A stretch of 43,398 bases of DNA from a virus (IMGVR_UViG_3300036773_000062:1-43398), one strand, 5' to 3'; shown: positions 7,555-17,566, numbered from the stretch's first letter. A program made the numbers and translations. The notes: generated from the letters alone by a model not told the origin.

Positions 7555-7850
7555 GCCGACGGGCTCTGCTGCACGATGACCTGCGGGCGAACCGCAGCAT
7601 CCCAATCACGCCCGCCTGCGATATATATCTTGAACATCCAGCCGAACCCGCCGTATGCGGTGGTGAGCAGGAGCGAGGCGAAAGCGGTCAGTTGGGTGGT
7701 GCGCTCGGCGGCAGTGATCTCGAAAAACTTGATCGCAAAATACATCGTGAGCCAGAGCAAAAATCCCAGATAGAGCAACACGATGAGGCGAGGAAAGACG
7801 CGCCACGAATCGAATACCTCCGCCCCGTCGAGCCCGGCCTGCTTGTTCAC
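7551..7850 (-). CDS. Putative holin (2 TM)
   Basis: D.WRVFPR motif and two hydrophobic helices; adjacent to the endolysin. Confidence 0.7.
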   Translation of the reverse strand: MNKQAGLDGAEVFDSWRVFPRLIVLLYLGFLLWLTMYFAIKFFEITAAERTTQLTAFASLLLTTAYGGFGWMFKIYIAGGRDWDAAVRPQVIVQQSPSA

Positions 7851-8398
7851 GCGGGCCGCTCCACGAACTGCGCGATGCGATTCGCCCAGCCCAAGGCGTT
7901 ATCCGCCTGCAGGTGGGCGCCCTGGCTTCGAACCCGGATGAGCTGCGGATCGTGCGAGATCAGCGCCCCGTAGAGCCGGATCCGCGCCGCGCAGATCGCG
8001 GCATAAAGCGGGGCAGCGAGCGCCGCATTGACGGCTGCGAGGGTCACGGGGCCCAAATGACCATCCGGTGTCACCTGCGCCGCCCGCTGCAACATTTTCA
8101 CCGCGTCCTCGGGGTCGTGCTGGACGCCAGCATCGACCAGCAGCGCGCGCAGTGCATCGTTTTCGATGTTTAAGAATCCCGGCGCCTCCACGTAGCGCTT
8201 CTGGTAGATCTCGAGCGCCTCGGCCTCCGTGAGCGCTGCAACGTCGGTTGCGGTCACCGGAGCGCCGCGATAGTCCGTGAGCGTCGCCAAGTCGATGCCG
8301 TACTTCGTAGGCCCGCCGCGATCCGAAGCGCGATCACTGTAGGCGCTGCCCTCGGCGATGAGGATCGCGTGCAAAATAGCGACGGTGTCCATCTTCAA
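7847..8398 (-). CDS. Endolysin, glycoside hydrolase family 108 with peptidoglycan-binding domain
   Basis: EG..YSD...DRGGPTKYGI, LQRA.....DG.LGP.TLAA and GW.NRI motifs. Confidence 0.9.
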   Translation of the reverse strand: MKMDTVAILHAILIAEGSAYSDRASDRGGPTKYGIDLATLTDYRGAPVTATDVAALTEAEALEIYQKRYVEAPGFLNIENDALRALLVDAGVQHDPEDAVKMLQRAAQVTPDGHLGPVTLAAVNAALAAPLYAAICAARIRLYGALISHDPQLIRVRSQGAHLQADNALGWANRIAQFVERPA

Positions 8399-8535
8399 AC
8401 TCGAATCACTTCGGTGGGGATCTGCATTCGAACCAGTTTCGCGCGCAATCTGATCCTGCGTCGTGGATGCGCGTCGAATTTTTCGGACCCGGGATCGTGA
8501 ACTGGTATGCCCCGTCAGGCGGCAAGGGATTCTTA

Positions 8536-8648
8536 TGAGGCAACGCGATGACGATCCGCACGGCGGTTATTCGCCACATTTGCGCAATTGGCTACTATTA
8601 ATCGCTCTCGCGACGTTCATCATCGTCGCGGCGTTCGTAATCTTCTAG
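8536..8648 (+). CDS. Small single-TM protein, antisense to the late operon (moron-like)
   Basis: C-terminal hydrophobic helix; convergent with the tail fibre gene. Confidence 0.4.
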
Positions 8649-9682
8649 CCCGTGCGGCGGAACCAATCGACGATGCCCACGCCGCCGGAAACATTATTGT
8701 TGAACAACACTCCGACATGACTCACCGAGCCGATAAAGGTTGCTAAAGCCACCGTTCCTATCTGCTGATAACTGCCAGCCACACCGGTCATCGAGGCTTT
8801 GAATTTGAGGTTGGTTCCATCATTCTCAATCTCCATGTGAATCCATTGCGTCGTATTCACCGTGCCGATCGGGAATGCCGTGCTGTTGAACAACGTGGCA
8901 TTGAACGTCGTGGGATTATCGAAGGCATAGCAGGCAAAAGGACCATTTGCCGTATCCAGCAGATAGCAGTAAAGCTTGCCGCTGGAACTGTTGCGAACGA
9001 GCAGACCTATGCCGGTTCCCGATCCTGCTGTTGATGCAGATAACGATGCCTTGCATCCGACCGTATAGGGCGTGGCGGGCGCCGCTTTTGTAATCGCATG
9101 AATTAGACCGTCGGTCGTGCCCGTAAGAATTAACGATCCGTCGGCGAGTGTGGCGGTTACCGACCCCTGATTGAGCCACGTCCAAGCGGCATCGAGCGAC
9201 AGCGTTTCAAATTCATCGTTCAGGGCATCGGGGGAACTGGGGTGGGTATCCGGAGTAACGTTTGCGCTATTTCCGCCACTGGTCGGATCAATATAAACCT
9301 CGGCAACTCCACCACCTAAATCACTGACGAGCGCGCCGGAGCTGAAATTAATTTCCGTGATACCAACGACCGTGTGCGTGCCGTCCGTGACATCGATCGG
9401 CGAGCTGGGACTACCGCTCGAATCGCTCGGGCTGCCGGGTGTGAACGTGAGCAGGGCCGCCCCGTTCGAGAGGGGCTCAACCGTTGCGCCGCTGATATAC
9501 ACCGTATCGACCGGCCCAGAATCACCGGCAGGCGAATTGCCGACTTCCTTGAAAGAGACCTTGCCGGCAAGACCGAACGCCGCATCGAGTTTATCCCATG
9601 CATCGTTGATCTCGACCTCGGGCTCTGTCTGAGACGGATCGAGATATTCCAAATCCAGGTTCGGTGTGCGAGTTCCACTCAT
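8645..9682 (-). CDS. Tail fibre / receptor-binding protein (DUF2793-like N-terminus, ConA-like beta-sandwich C-terminus)
   Basis: TPNL.L.YL..SQ...EV..N.A...LD N-terminus; DEF...SLD..W.W...DWFR lectin-like C-terminal domain. Confidence 0.75.
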   Translation of the reverse strand: MSGTRTPNLDLEYLDPSQTEPEVEINDAWDKLDAAFGLAGKVSFKEVGNSPAGDSGPVDTVYISGATVEPLSNGAALLTFTPGSPSDSSGSPSSPIDVTDGTHTVVGITEINFSSGALVSDLGGGVAEVYIDPTSGGNSANVTPDTHPSSPDALNDEFETLSLDAAWTWLNQGSVTATLADGSLILTGTTDGLIHAITKAAPATPYTVGCKASLSASTAGSGTGIGLLVRNSSSGKLYCYLLDTANGPFACYAFDNPTTFNATLFNSTAFPIGTVNTTQWIHMEIENDGTNLKFKASMTGVAGSYQQIGTVALATFIGSVSHVGVLFNNNVSGGVGIVDWFRRTG

Positions 9683-12600
9683 GGTGAGGTTCCTGATAGC
9701 GAGAGAGTTTGCACGGCGCCGGTGCCGCGCCCAACGACAGCCGACATTTGATAGATGCCAACCTTAATGGATGAGAGCGCCGGCGAACTGCCGAAGTCAG
9801 CGGCCTGCTGCGTCGCGCTATATAAAACCTGCGTCGCATTGATCACGGTGAGCGTGCGCAGCACCGCCTCGGGCGAGGCCGGATCAATAATATCGACTTG
9901 GAAGGTCTCGGTCGCTTCCGAGAGCGGCATGTCGACACCGGACATCAACGTGCGGCCCAAGCGGTCGCGCCGCCGCCAGGTGATGAGGATATCGGCGCCG
10001 CTCACATAGACTGCGGTTAATTTCACGGGCGAAAATGGACTCAGCGCTTGCGCATGGCCGATGAACGTCGTATCGACACCGCTCCCATAACTCGCCCCGA
10101 TCGACACCACTTTGTAAATTCGCGCGCCGTTGATTTCTGCGGTCGACAAGAGCTCGCGCTGCAGATAGCCCGCATTCAGGAGCACGAAGGTATCCCCGGC
10201 GACGTTCTTGCCGATGTTGTATTCGGTGCCGCGGCGGCCGCGCAGCAAGCGCGAGAGCCGCCACTGCGTGGCAGATAGCTGAACCGCTTCACCAAACTGC
10301 ACGATTTCCCAGTGCCCATCGGCGCCCATCGCGGCAGCGTTCGCGCCCGCAACGAGCTGCGCATCGGTGACGCTCGAAAAACTGTAGGCGGCCGACAGCA
10401 CGTTGACGGTAATGTCCGTGGTGTCGTCATAGGTGTAGTGGGGCGAGGCCGGAACGGCAGCCTCCAACGTGCCGACGGTCGATTCGTTGACGATTGCGAA
10501 CTGAGCGACGAAGGTGGCGCCGCCATCGGTCGATCGATAGATTTGGCATCCATTCCAGGCGTTGCCGCCGGCGGCGCGCTGCGCGGCCATGTAGAAGCCG
10601 GGATTGCTGTCGGAGTCTTGCAGCGCCGGCAAATCGAGAAAGAGCGCATTCGTCGGCGCGACCAGCTTGAGCTTTTGCGGCTTGCGCGCCGGCGGATTGG
10701 CGATGGCGTAGGAAATATAGCTGCCTTGGTTGTCGCGCACGCAAGAGAGCTTGCGCAGCACGCCGGCTGAATTCGTATCGCTCACGATGCGCAAGCGCTG
10801 CATGAACTTGTCCACCGGCACCGCAATGCAATCGGCGACCTCGAGCGCCGACCAGGATTGATCGACCGAGAGCTCATGGCCGTCCTTCGCCGCCCAGGCG
10901 TCCGCCCAAATGATGTCCGCGCATTGCAGCGCCTGGGTGTCGCCCAGGCACAAGGGCAGCGACAAATCCTGGTCATTGACCGCGCTCGTCGTCAATCGAA
11001 AGGGCGATTGCTGCTGATCGTCTTCATAGTCGCGCGCGACCGACTTGTAATGCAGACGAATGGTTCTGGGCAGCGTCGTTTCATCGGCGCGGCTCGAGGT
11101 GATGGCGGGTGGCACGGTTGAGCCCGATCCGCCGTCATAGGCGCCGAAATCGTCGGTCGTGAAGGTCGCGACCACCTCCTTGCCGCGCGTCGGGAATTTG
11201 ATTTGCGTGGAGGATTCGACCCCATCGAAGAACGCGACCGAGCGTAAGGGTGAGATGATATCGACCGCGGCGGAGACACTGCTGATCGAATAGCCATCGA
11301 TGAAGCTCTCGCCTAAATCCGACACATCGTACTGAGCGGCGGTCATGCCGGCGCGCTGACAGATCGCGGCCACGATCTCACCGACCGCAACGCTTGAGCC
11401 GCCGCCCGTGCAGACCTGCATGTCGATCGTATAGGCAAAAGTTTGCGTGTCCGGATAGCCGACGCCATACACCTGCCCCGCGGTCATCTGCCCCGCGGCG
11501 ACCGCTTGGTTATAGGCGGCGGTCCAAAACGCTTCCGTGTTACTCGGCGACCCCGGCGGCAAGCACGGGTTTAGGGGATATTTCTCGATCGTGCCGCCGC
11601 GCCCGGATTCGTTTACGCCGATCACTCGGTATTGCTGAAGTACCGTATACAGAGCGGTAGGACCCGGCGTCCAGGCGCCGCCCTTAATATATCTGCCATC
11701 CCCCCTAACGCAGTAGCCGGCGATCGGCGCCACGGGCAACCCCACGCACGGATCCGGTGGCGCGCCGGGATTGCGGGTCACTTCGATCTGATCATCGAGC
11801 GTGCAGTTCAGGGTGACCCCGTGGCAGGCGCCCACGTTGCCGCCCGCCGGGATGAAGTAGAACACGCCGTGATTGATTTGATGGAGCACGCCGCCCGCAT
11901 ACCAGCGACCCACCCAGTACCCCTCGGGATGCGCATCGGCCCAATCGCAGATCACATCCGGAACGTCGGCAAGCGGCACCAGCGTCCTCGAGGCGGGTGT
12001 CAGCGTGTTGTAGAACATGAACACCGTCTGCTCGGGACCGACGGTGATCGGAAACCACGGTGAATAGTTGCCCGCGGCGCCGCTGCCGGTGCTCCAACCG
12101 AAAAGCTCGCCCTGCAGCGAGCCATCACCAATAGCCTCCTGCAAGGTATCGCGGATCGGGCCGGGGCTGCCGCCGTTGTTGTTGTTGAATTGATAGTTAT
12201 AGACATTCCCGCCGAGATTGCGTGGATCCAAACTGCCGTCGCCATTCCAGGGCAAGAGCACGCTGTTCGAATACTCTGTCGAGTCCTCGCAGGCGCCGAC
12301 GCCCTGCGTGAAACATTCGAAGGTGAAATTCGGATGCCGCAACCCCTGACTCATCGCAAGCGAGCGATTGGTGTAGACGATATAGGCGAGTGCGCGAAAC
12401 GCGAGCACCTCGCCAAAGCCTTCAATCGCCTCGATGGTGGGATCGGCAATCTGCTCTTCGGTGCCGAGATAGAGCGTGAAACCTTCGGCGTAGGCGGCGC
12501 TCGCGGTCAGGCGATTGGCGTAGTCTAAGTCGGTTTCTGCGATCTGGCCGGTCGCGGTGTCGGCCTCTTGCTGCGGCCGGATGTCATAGACGATGGTGCC

Positions 12601-12999
12601 GTTTTCCCAGATTCGGCTCACTCCTGCGATCGCGCCGACGTCGTCCGGATCGTCATCCCTGACCCGTTCGCAAAGACCGATCGCGATACTCTGCGTGTAA
12701 CTGTAGGTGGTCTGGGTTGGACCGCCTTTACCGCCGCTTTCATCCTGATGCTCAATGTAGGGCGCGAGCCAGATGACGGTTCCCGATACGCTGAAGGTGC
12801 CGAAGCCAATAGGCACCGGTTCACCCACGGTCGAGGTGGTGGTGCGGTTATCCGTGATCTTGGGGCCATTCGGCAACTGCGTCGGAAAGAGCGCCGAGCC
12901 CGCGAGTGCGCCCAAGGCAAAGCCCAACTGCGGATTACCGAAGTAGGCACCCACCACGGTACCGACAACGATGAGGGCGGCCTGCCCAAAATTACTAAT
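9679..12999 (-). CDS. Central tail tip / host-specificity protein (GTA-type phage tail protein); probable ATT start at 12999
   Basis: G.P.P..FGT..VSG.VIW, RIW.NG, AFR.LAY.V, WEIVQF..A...W.LSRLLRGRRGTE and ITW.RR.R motifs. The frame is open upstream of GTG 12957 to ATT 12999. Confidence 0.88.
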   Translation of the reverse strand: MSNFGQAALIVVGTVVGAYFGNPQLGFALGALAGSALFPTQLPNGPKITDNRTTTSTVGEPVPIGFGTFSVSGTVIWLAPYIEHQDESGGKGGPTQTTYSYTQSIAIGLCERVRDDDPDDVGAIAGVSRIWENGTIVYDIRPQQEADTATGQIAETDLDYANRLTASAAYAEGFTLYLGTEEQIADPTIEAIEGFGEVLAFRALAYIVYTNRSLAMSQGLRHPNFTFECFTQGVGACEDSTEYSNSVLLPWNGDGSLDPRNLGGNVYNYQFNNNNGGSPGPIRDTLQEAIGDGSLQGELFGWSTGSGAAGNYSPWFPITVGPEQTVFMFYNTLTPASRTLVPLADVPDVICDWADAHPEGYWVGRWYAGGVLHQINHGVFYFIPAGGNVGACHGVTLNCTLDDQIEVTRNPGAPPDPCVGLPVAPIAGYCVRGDGRYIKGGAWTPGPTALYTVLQQYRVIGVNESGRGGTIEKYPLNPCLPPGSPSNTEAFWTAAYNQAVAAGQMTAGQVYGVGYPDTQTFAYTIDMQVCTGGGSSVAVGEIVAAICQRAGMTAAQYDVSDLGESFIDGYSISSVSAAVDIISPLRSVAFFDGVESSTQIKFPTRGKEVVATFTTDDFGAYDGGSGSTVPPAITSSRADETTLPRTIRLHYKSVARDYEDDQQQSPFRLTTSAVNDQDLSLPLCLGDTQALQCADIIWADAWAAKDGHELSVDQSWSALEVADCIAVPVDKFMQRLRIVSDTNSAGVLRKLSCVRDNQGSYISYAIANPPARKPQKLKLVAPTNALFLDLPALQDSDSNPGFYMAAQRAAGGNAWNGCQIYRSTDGGATFVAQFAIVNESTVGTLEAAVPASPHYTYDDTTDITVNVLSAAYSFSSVTDAQLVAGANAAAMGADGHWEIVQFGEAVQLSATQWRLSRLLRGRRGTEYNIGKNVAGDTFVLLNAGYLQRELLSTAEINGARIYKVVSIGASYGSGVDTTFIGHAQALSPFSPVKLTAVYVSGADILITWRRRDRLGRTLMSGVDMPLSEATETFQVDIIDPASPEAVLRTLTVINATQVLYSATQQAADFGSSPALSSIKVGIYQMSAVVGRGTGAVQTLSLSGTSP

Positions 13000-13408
13000 A
13001 CGTCACCAGCGGAATCGCCCAAATCGATTTCGTGCGCGTCACCCACTGGCCCGCGTAGGAGTGCTCGACCACACGCCCGATCATCTGATCGGTATGGATC
13101 ATCGATTCGCCGGTGTAAATCGCGGCATGAGCGGGGTGCGCTTGCAGCGGAAACTGGATCAACAGCAGCGCCGCCGGCCCAAGGTCAATTTGCCGGGTCA
13201 GGTGCGTCATGCCATCGATGAGCAGCGATTGCGGCGCGCGCGCGTAGTTGGTCGGCAGATAGCGCAGGAAGATATCGCTACCCAATTCATTCATGCAAGC
13301 GGCGATGAACCCCAAACAATCGGCGCCGTTACGCGTGCGGCCTTGATGCAGAAATCGCACGCCCACCCACGCGCGCGCCCGGTCGATGACAGCCTGCGGC
13401 GCGATCAT
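12995..13408 (-). CDS. NlpC/P60-family tail-associated peptidase
   Basis: AR.W.G..F.HQGR...G.DC.G and H.AI......IH motifs. Confidence 0.9.
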   Translation of the reverse strand: MIAPQAVIDRARAWVGVRFLHQGRTRNGADCLGFIAACMNELGSDIFLRYLPTNYARAPQSLLIDGMTHLTRQIDLGPAALLLIQFPLQAHPAHAAIYTGESMIHTDQMIGRVVEHSYAGQWVTRTKSIWAIPLVTY

Positions 13409-14364
13409 AGCTCGCTGCCAAGTTCCGCCACCGTCGTCGGCCCCGCGGTCAAGGCGTTGACGCCCGGAATGAAGACACCGAAGCCGCGGAAGTTCGGGAG
13501 GTTGTCGTAATTTCCTTTACAGGTGAAGCGCTGCCGATCGCAGCCGCCTGTGAGCGTGAAGGCATCGCCGGGCGAGACGCTCTCCGGGAATTGATCCCAG
13601 AATTGCGCCACGTCTGCCGCCTGGCGCGGGTCCAATTTCACCTCACGACTGAAACCAGTATTCGCGCCGCTGATGAAGGTCAGTTCGCCGCCGGTGTAGC
13701 TGAAGGTATTGGGCGGGGACGAGTCATCGAGGGTCACCGCGAACTCTTGGCGGTTGGTGACAGCACCGACTACGCCATTAATAATCGTCGTCGCCACCGG
13801 AAACTTGCAGCGCCTGTCGCCGAACTTCACCACGTTGCAGGAAGTTGAGAAGGTGCGAATGACGGTCTGCGCGAGGATCTGCGCAAGCCCGCGGACTTCC
13901 GTCGTGTACTTACCATCGCTGTCGTGATTGATCGCGCCCAGGATGCCGGACTTCGCGACGAAGTAGCCGTGCTCCGGCGCGCGCCAGTTGCAAATCATCA
14001 CCGTCACGGGCGCCTTATCGAGGAGCCCGCTTTCGATCTCATCCACCGTCACATCGAGCGGCGTATACAGCTGCGCATAGGGCGAGTCTTGAGAGACTTC
14101 CGGGAAGGCGCCCTGCACTTCCAGGTTATCGACCGCCAGATCGCTGTTGCTCTGAATGTCCCCGGAGGTCACGTTGGCGATGGCGTAGTAGCGCCCGGCA
14201 TATTTGTCGGTGGGGCTGTCGCCCGTATCTGGGATCGTGATATCGAGATCGTGTTCGGTGCCGCGAATCATGCGCCCGTCCGCCATTTCGATCGACCAGA
14301 TGAAGGCAAGCGAGGTCGCGTCCTTTTGCAGGTCGGCGAGCAAGAGCGGCGGGATCGTCTTCAC
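13405..14364 (-). CDS. DUF2163 / BR0599-family baseplate hub protein
   Basis: C...FGD.RC, GCD....TC...Y.N..NFRGF..IPG. GTG 14364 overlaps the upstream stop. Confidence 0.9.
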   Translation of the reverse strand: MKTIPPLLLADLQKDATSLAFIWSIEMADGRMIRGTEHDLDITIPDTGDSPTDKYAGRYYAIANVTSGDIQSNSDLAVDNLEVQGAFPEVSQDSPYAQLYTPLDVTVDEIESGLLDKAPVTVMICNWRAPEHGYFVAKSGILGAINHDSDGKYTTEVRGLAQILAQTVIRTFSTSCNVVKFGDRRCKFPVATTIINGVVGAVTNRQEFAVTLDDSSPPNTFSYTGGELTFISGANTGFSREVKLDPRQAADVAQFWDQFPESVSPGDAFTLTGGCDRQRFTCKGNYDNLPNFRGFGVFIPGVNALTAGPTTVAELGSEL

Positions 14365-15032
14365 GCGAGCGGCAGCCGAATTTCCGCGAGTTGAATCGTT
14401 GCGGTCATGATCTTGAAATTCGAAATCGTCACCGACCACTGCGCATCGAAGCGGCACCACACATCGAATTCCCCGCCCCAGCTATTGGGCGTGCCGGAAA
14501 AGCCGCCGCCCAAGGTCACGAGGCCCGTGGCTTCATCCAAGGTCCAATCGGTTTGAATCACGCCCCCGTCGTTCGCGATCTGGATCCCGGCATAGGTATG
14601 CAGCCGATCGGTGTAGCTTAAGCCCACCGGCCGCGTGATCTCGCGTTCCTGGATGATGCTGCCAGCGCTGTATTGCTTGATGAGCCGATAGGAAGCGGGC
14701 GAATCCCCGGAAGATACCAGCGGCTGATCATAGGCGGTTGGGTTGGCATCGAGGCCGCAGGACTTGTAATCACTCCAATCGCGAAAGCGAAAGCCCGACC
14801 ACATGCCGCCCATCGCGTGCCAGAAGGCATTGATGTTCTCGATATCGGCTTGGTGCTGGTTGCCGAAAGGCACCGCTTCGTACTTGAAGAGCGGCCGCGA
14901 CCACTTGCGATCACGCCGTTCGTAACCCCCTTCGCGGCTGGTGATCTTCACCAGGTAATTGGGCGCCGATTGAAAGCCGTAGGTCGAGCACTGCGGAAAG
15001 GTGGCGGCCGGGTCTTCGATAATGGTCGGCAT
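14361..15032 (-). CDS. DUF2460 distal tail protein
   Basis: G.E.R...WS.P, F...G...GFRFRDW.DY and GEFDV..RFD motifs. Confidence 0.9.
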   Translation of the reverse strand: MPTIIEDPAATFPQCSTYGFQSAPNYLVKITSREGGYERRDRKWSRPLFKYEAVPFGNQHQADIENINAFWHAMGGMWSGFRFRDWSDYKSCGLDANPTAYDQPLVSSGDSPASYRLIKQYSAGSIIQEREITRPVGLSYTDRLHTYAGIQIANDGGVIQTDWTLDEATGLVTLGGGFSGTPNSWGGEFDVWCRFDAQWSVTISNFKIMTATIQLAEIRLPLA

Positions 15033-17566
15033 CAGCGGCCATTCCTGCGCGCGGCGATCGAGAGCTGCGTCGCGGCGTTGTTCGCGGTCTGCATTTGCGA
15101 GGGGCGGCTGATGGTGCCGTTCGGGGAGGTGGTCATGAAATTGTTCGTCACTTGCAGCGGCTGCTGACCGCCGCCGTTCGGGATGATGTGCATATCCTTG
15201 GCGCCCGAATAGGCGAGCTCCGGCCCGTTCTCCCCGACGACGCCCACCTTGCCGGCGCCGATCGTGCCACCGTCGGCAAAGCCGCCGATCGTGCTTGCGA
15301 GCGCGCCCAGGTCCGTGCCCGTGGCTGCGGCGCCGGTGCTCGCAATGGCGGACGCACCCCCGCCACCACCTAAAGCCCCGGCAAACAAGCTGGAGAGGCC
15401 GCTGCCCGCGCCGCTGCCGCCGAAGATGCTCTCGGCGATGCTCTTGTTCGCAATGGTGAGCAGGTCCCTTTCGATGCTCAAGGCCATGTCGCGAATCGCC
15501 TGGGTCAGTGACTTCGCCCCGGTTTCGGCGGCCAAGAGATTGTCCTCGAAAGCCGTCTTGAAATCATCGTTGATCTGCTTTGAGAGCAGGTTCGTTTGCG
15601 AGCCTAAGCTCGTGAGTTGATTTTGAAATGCCTGCGTCGATTTCGTCAGCTGCGGCATGGTCGTCGCGTTCTGGTCAGCGATCGCCTTTTCCGCGTTGTA
15701 CACCTGGGTGAGCGAGGCGATCTCGGTTTGACGCGCGGCCTCGAGCTGCGCCTGGCCCGCGAGGGTCGTCAACTGACCGTTCGCGATCTGCGCATTGACG
15801 GTCGCCTCGACGCTGGCGTAGGCGAGCTCCGCGTCGGTGCCTTTCTGCACCTGTTCGTTGTAGGCGGCCTGGGCCACGGTAATATCGCGTTTCTGATCGA
15901 GCGCCGCCAGGCCTGCAGTGTCGTTCGTGCTGGTCAGATTCTGCCGCAGTGATTTGTTTTGAAATTCGAACGCCGCGGCCGCCGCTTTTTGAAGCCTGCC
16001 GGCCATCACATCCAAGTCGTTGTTGATGCCTTCGAGTTCCTTGGCGTCTTTCAGATTGAGAAACTCCAGATAGAGCGCACGCGCATCCTTCTGCGCTTGC
16101 AGTCCCTTATCCCCCATGTTCTTAAATGCCTGGCCGAGATCGCCCGTGGTGATCTTGTAATTAAATGCCGCCGCGTCGCCCGCGTCGAACTGCGTGACCT
16201 GCTCCTGCAATGACTTGGACAGATCATCCGATTTCTTTTTGGCCTCGGCGAAGGCGAGCGCGCCGGCGTCGCGCCTGATATCCGCAACGATTTTCGAGAC
16301 GTCGCCGCCGGCGGCCGCCACCTTTTTGAGCGCATCGGCCAAGGGGCCGAACTGCAGTTTGTAGTCGGCCGCGGCCGCAGCGCCTAAGCCAAAGGAACCG
16401 GCCTGCTGGCGCAGCTGCGCATCGTAATCCTTCAACTGTTGGAGCGCCGCATCGCCAGCCTTCAAGAGTGCGGGATTGGTTCCCGGGTCCTTGATGCGTT
16501 TCTTTTCCGCTTCCGTGGTCGAAATGAGCGCGAGTTCATTGGCGCTCCCCGCCTCCATGATCGCGAGCGTTTGCGCTTCGGTGTCGGCGCGGTTCTTCAC
16601 GATGTCAGCGGTCGACTGCTTGATGATCTCGCCGGCTTCAGTGAAATTGCCGGTGGCGAATTGCACCGCCGCCGCGCCGATCGCACCGATGGCCGCGCCC
16701 AACCGCTGGAACGCACCGACCGTTTCCACTACCGCAACGGCGACATACTTGACGCCCGTAACGATCAGGTCCGCCGCGGCGCCGAGTTTCGAGCCGCCGG
16801 TTGCGCCCTTCTCGAACTGATCGGCAAGCTCATTGAGAACGGGCAGGAGCTTGGCCGCCAACTGCACCGCCAGACCGTCGACGATGACGGCTTTGAGAAT
16901 CGTCACTCGCGTGCTGAAGTCATCGGCGGCCGCGGCGAGCGAGCCCGATATCACCAGGCCCGCGTCCTCGGCCTCTTTCTTGAATTGCGCGAGGCCGGCG
17001 GCGCCCTGATTCAATACCGGGATCATGTTCTGCCCGGCTTTGCCCAAAAGATCCACCGCGATGGCGGTTTTGATCGGGCCATCCGCCATGGTGCGAAATT
17101 TATCCGCTATGTCGGGGAGTATCTGCGCCGCGTTCTTCAAGCTGCCATTGGCGTTGGTCACCGACACGCCCAAGGCCCGAAACGCTTCGCCGGCCTTCGA
17201 CGTCGCATCGCCGCCGGCCTGGGCCAGCGAGGTGTTCAAGTGCTTCAAGCCATCCGCGAGCGCCTCGGTTCCGAGGCCTGAAGCCGCCGCGGCGAGCTTG
17301 AGTGACGATAAATCCTCCGCTGTGACGCCGGCAGACTGCGACAACAGATTGAGCGAAGCGGCCGACTCAATCGCTTGTGCGCCGAACTCCACCAGCTTCT
17401 CAACCGTGAACGCCGCGGCGAGGTTCTTCGCAATATCGGCGAGGTACTCGTGCTGCTTTTTGGAGAAGTCGTTGAGCGCATCGGAGGCTGCCCTGAAGGT
17501 CGCCGTGTAGCTCGAGCTGTCGGCCGTGAGCTTGACATTGAGGGCTGCAAGATTACCGCCGGCCAT
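15032..17566 (-). CDS. Tail tape measure protein
   Basis: 844 aa, Ala-rich and helical; C-terminal FADGG.....VGENGPEL motif. Confidence 0.92.
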   Translation of the reverse strand: MAGGNLAALNVKLTADSSSYTATFRAASDALNDFSKKQHEYLADIAKNLAAAFTVEKLVEFGAQAIESAASLNLLSQSAGVTAEDLSSLKLAAAASGLGTEALADGLKHLNTSLAQAGGDATSKAGEAFRALGVSVTNANGSLKNAAQILPDIADKFRTMADGPIKTAIAVDLLGKAGQNMIPVLNQGAAGLAQFKKEAEDAGLVISGSLAAAADDFSTRVTILKAVIVDGLAVQLAAKLLPVLNELADQFEKGATGGSKLGAAADLIVTGVKYVAVAVVETVGAFQRLGAAIGAIGAAAVQFATGNFTEAGEIIKQSTADIVKNRADTEAQTLAIMEAGSANELALISTTEAEKKRIKDPGTNPALLKAGDAALQQLKDYDAQLRQQAGSFGLGAAAAADYKLQFGPLADALKKVAAAGGDVSKIVADIRRDAGALAFAEAKKKSDDLSKSLQEQVTQFDAGDAAAFNYKITTGDLGQAFKNMGDKGLQAQKDARALYLEFLNLKDAKELEGINNDLDVMAGRLQKAAAAAFEFQNKSLRQNLTSTNDTAGLAALDQKRDITVAQAAYNEQVQKGTDAELAYASVEATVNAQIANGQLTTLAGQAQLEAARQTEIASLTQVYNAEKAIADQNATTMPQLTKSTQAFQNQLTSLGSQTNLLSKQINDDFKTAFEDNLLAAETGAKSLTQAIRDMALSIERDLLTIANKSIAESIFGGSGAGSGLSSLFAGALGGGGGASAIASTGAAATGTDLGALASTIGGFADGGTIGAGKVGVVGENGPELAYSGAKDMHIIPNGGGQQPLQVTNNFMTTSPNGTISRPSQMQTANNAATQLSIAARRNGR

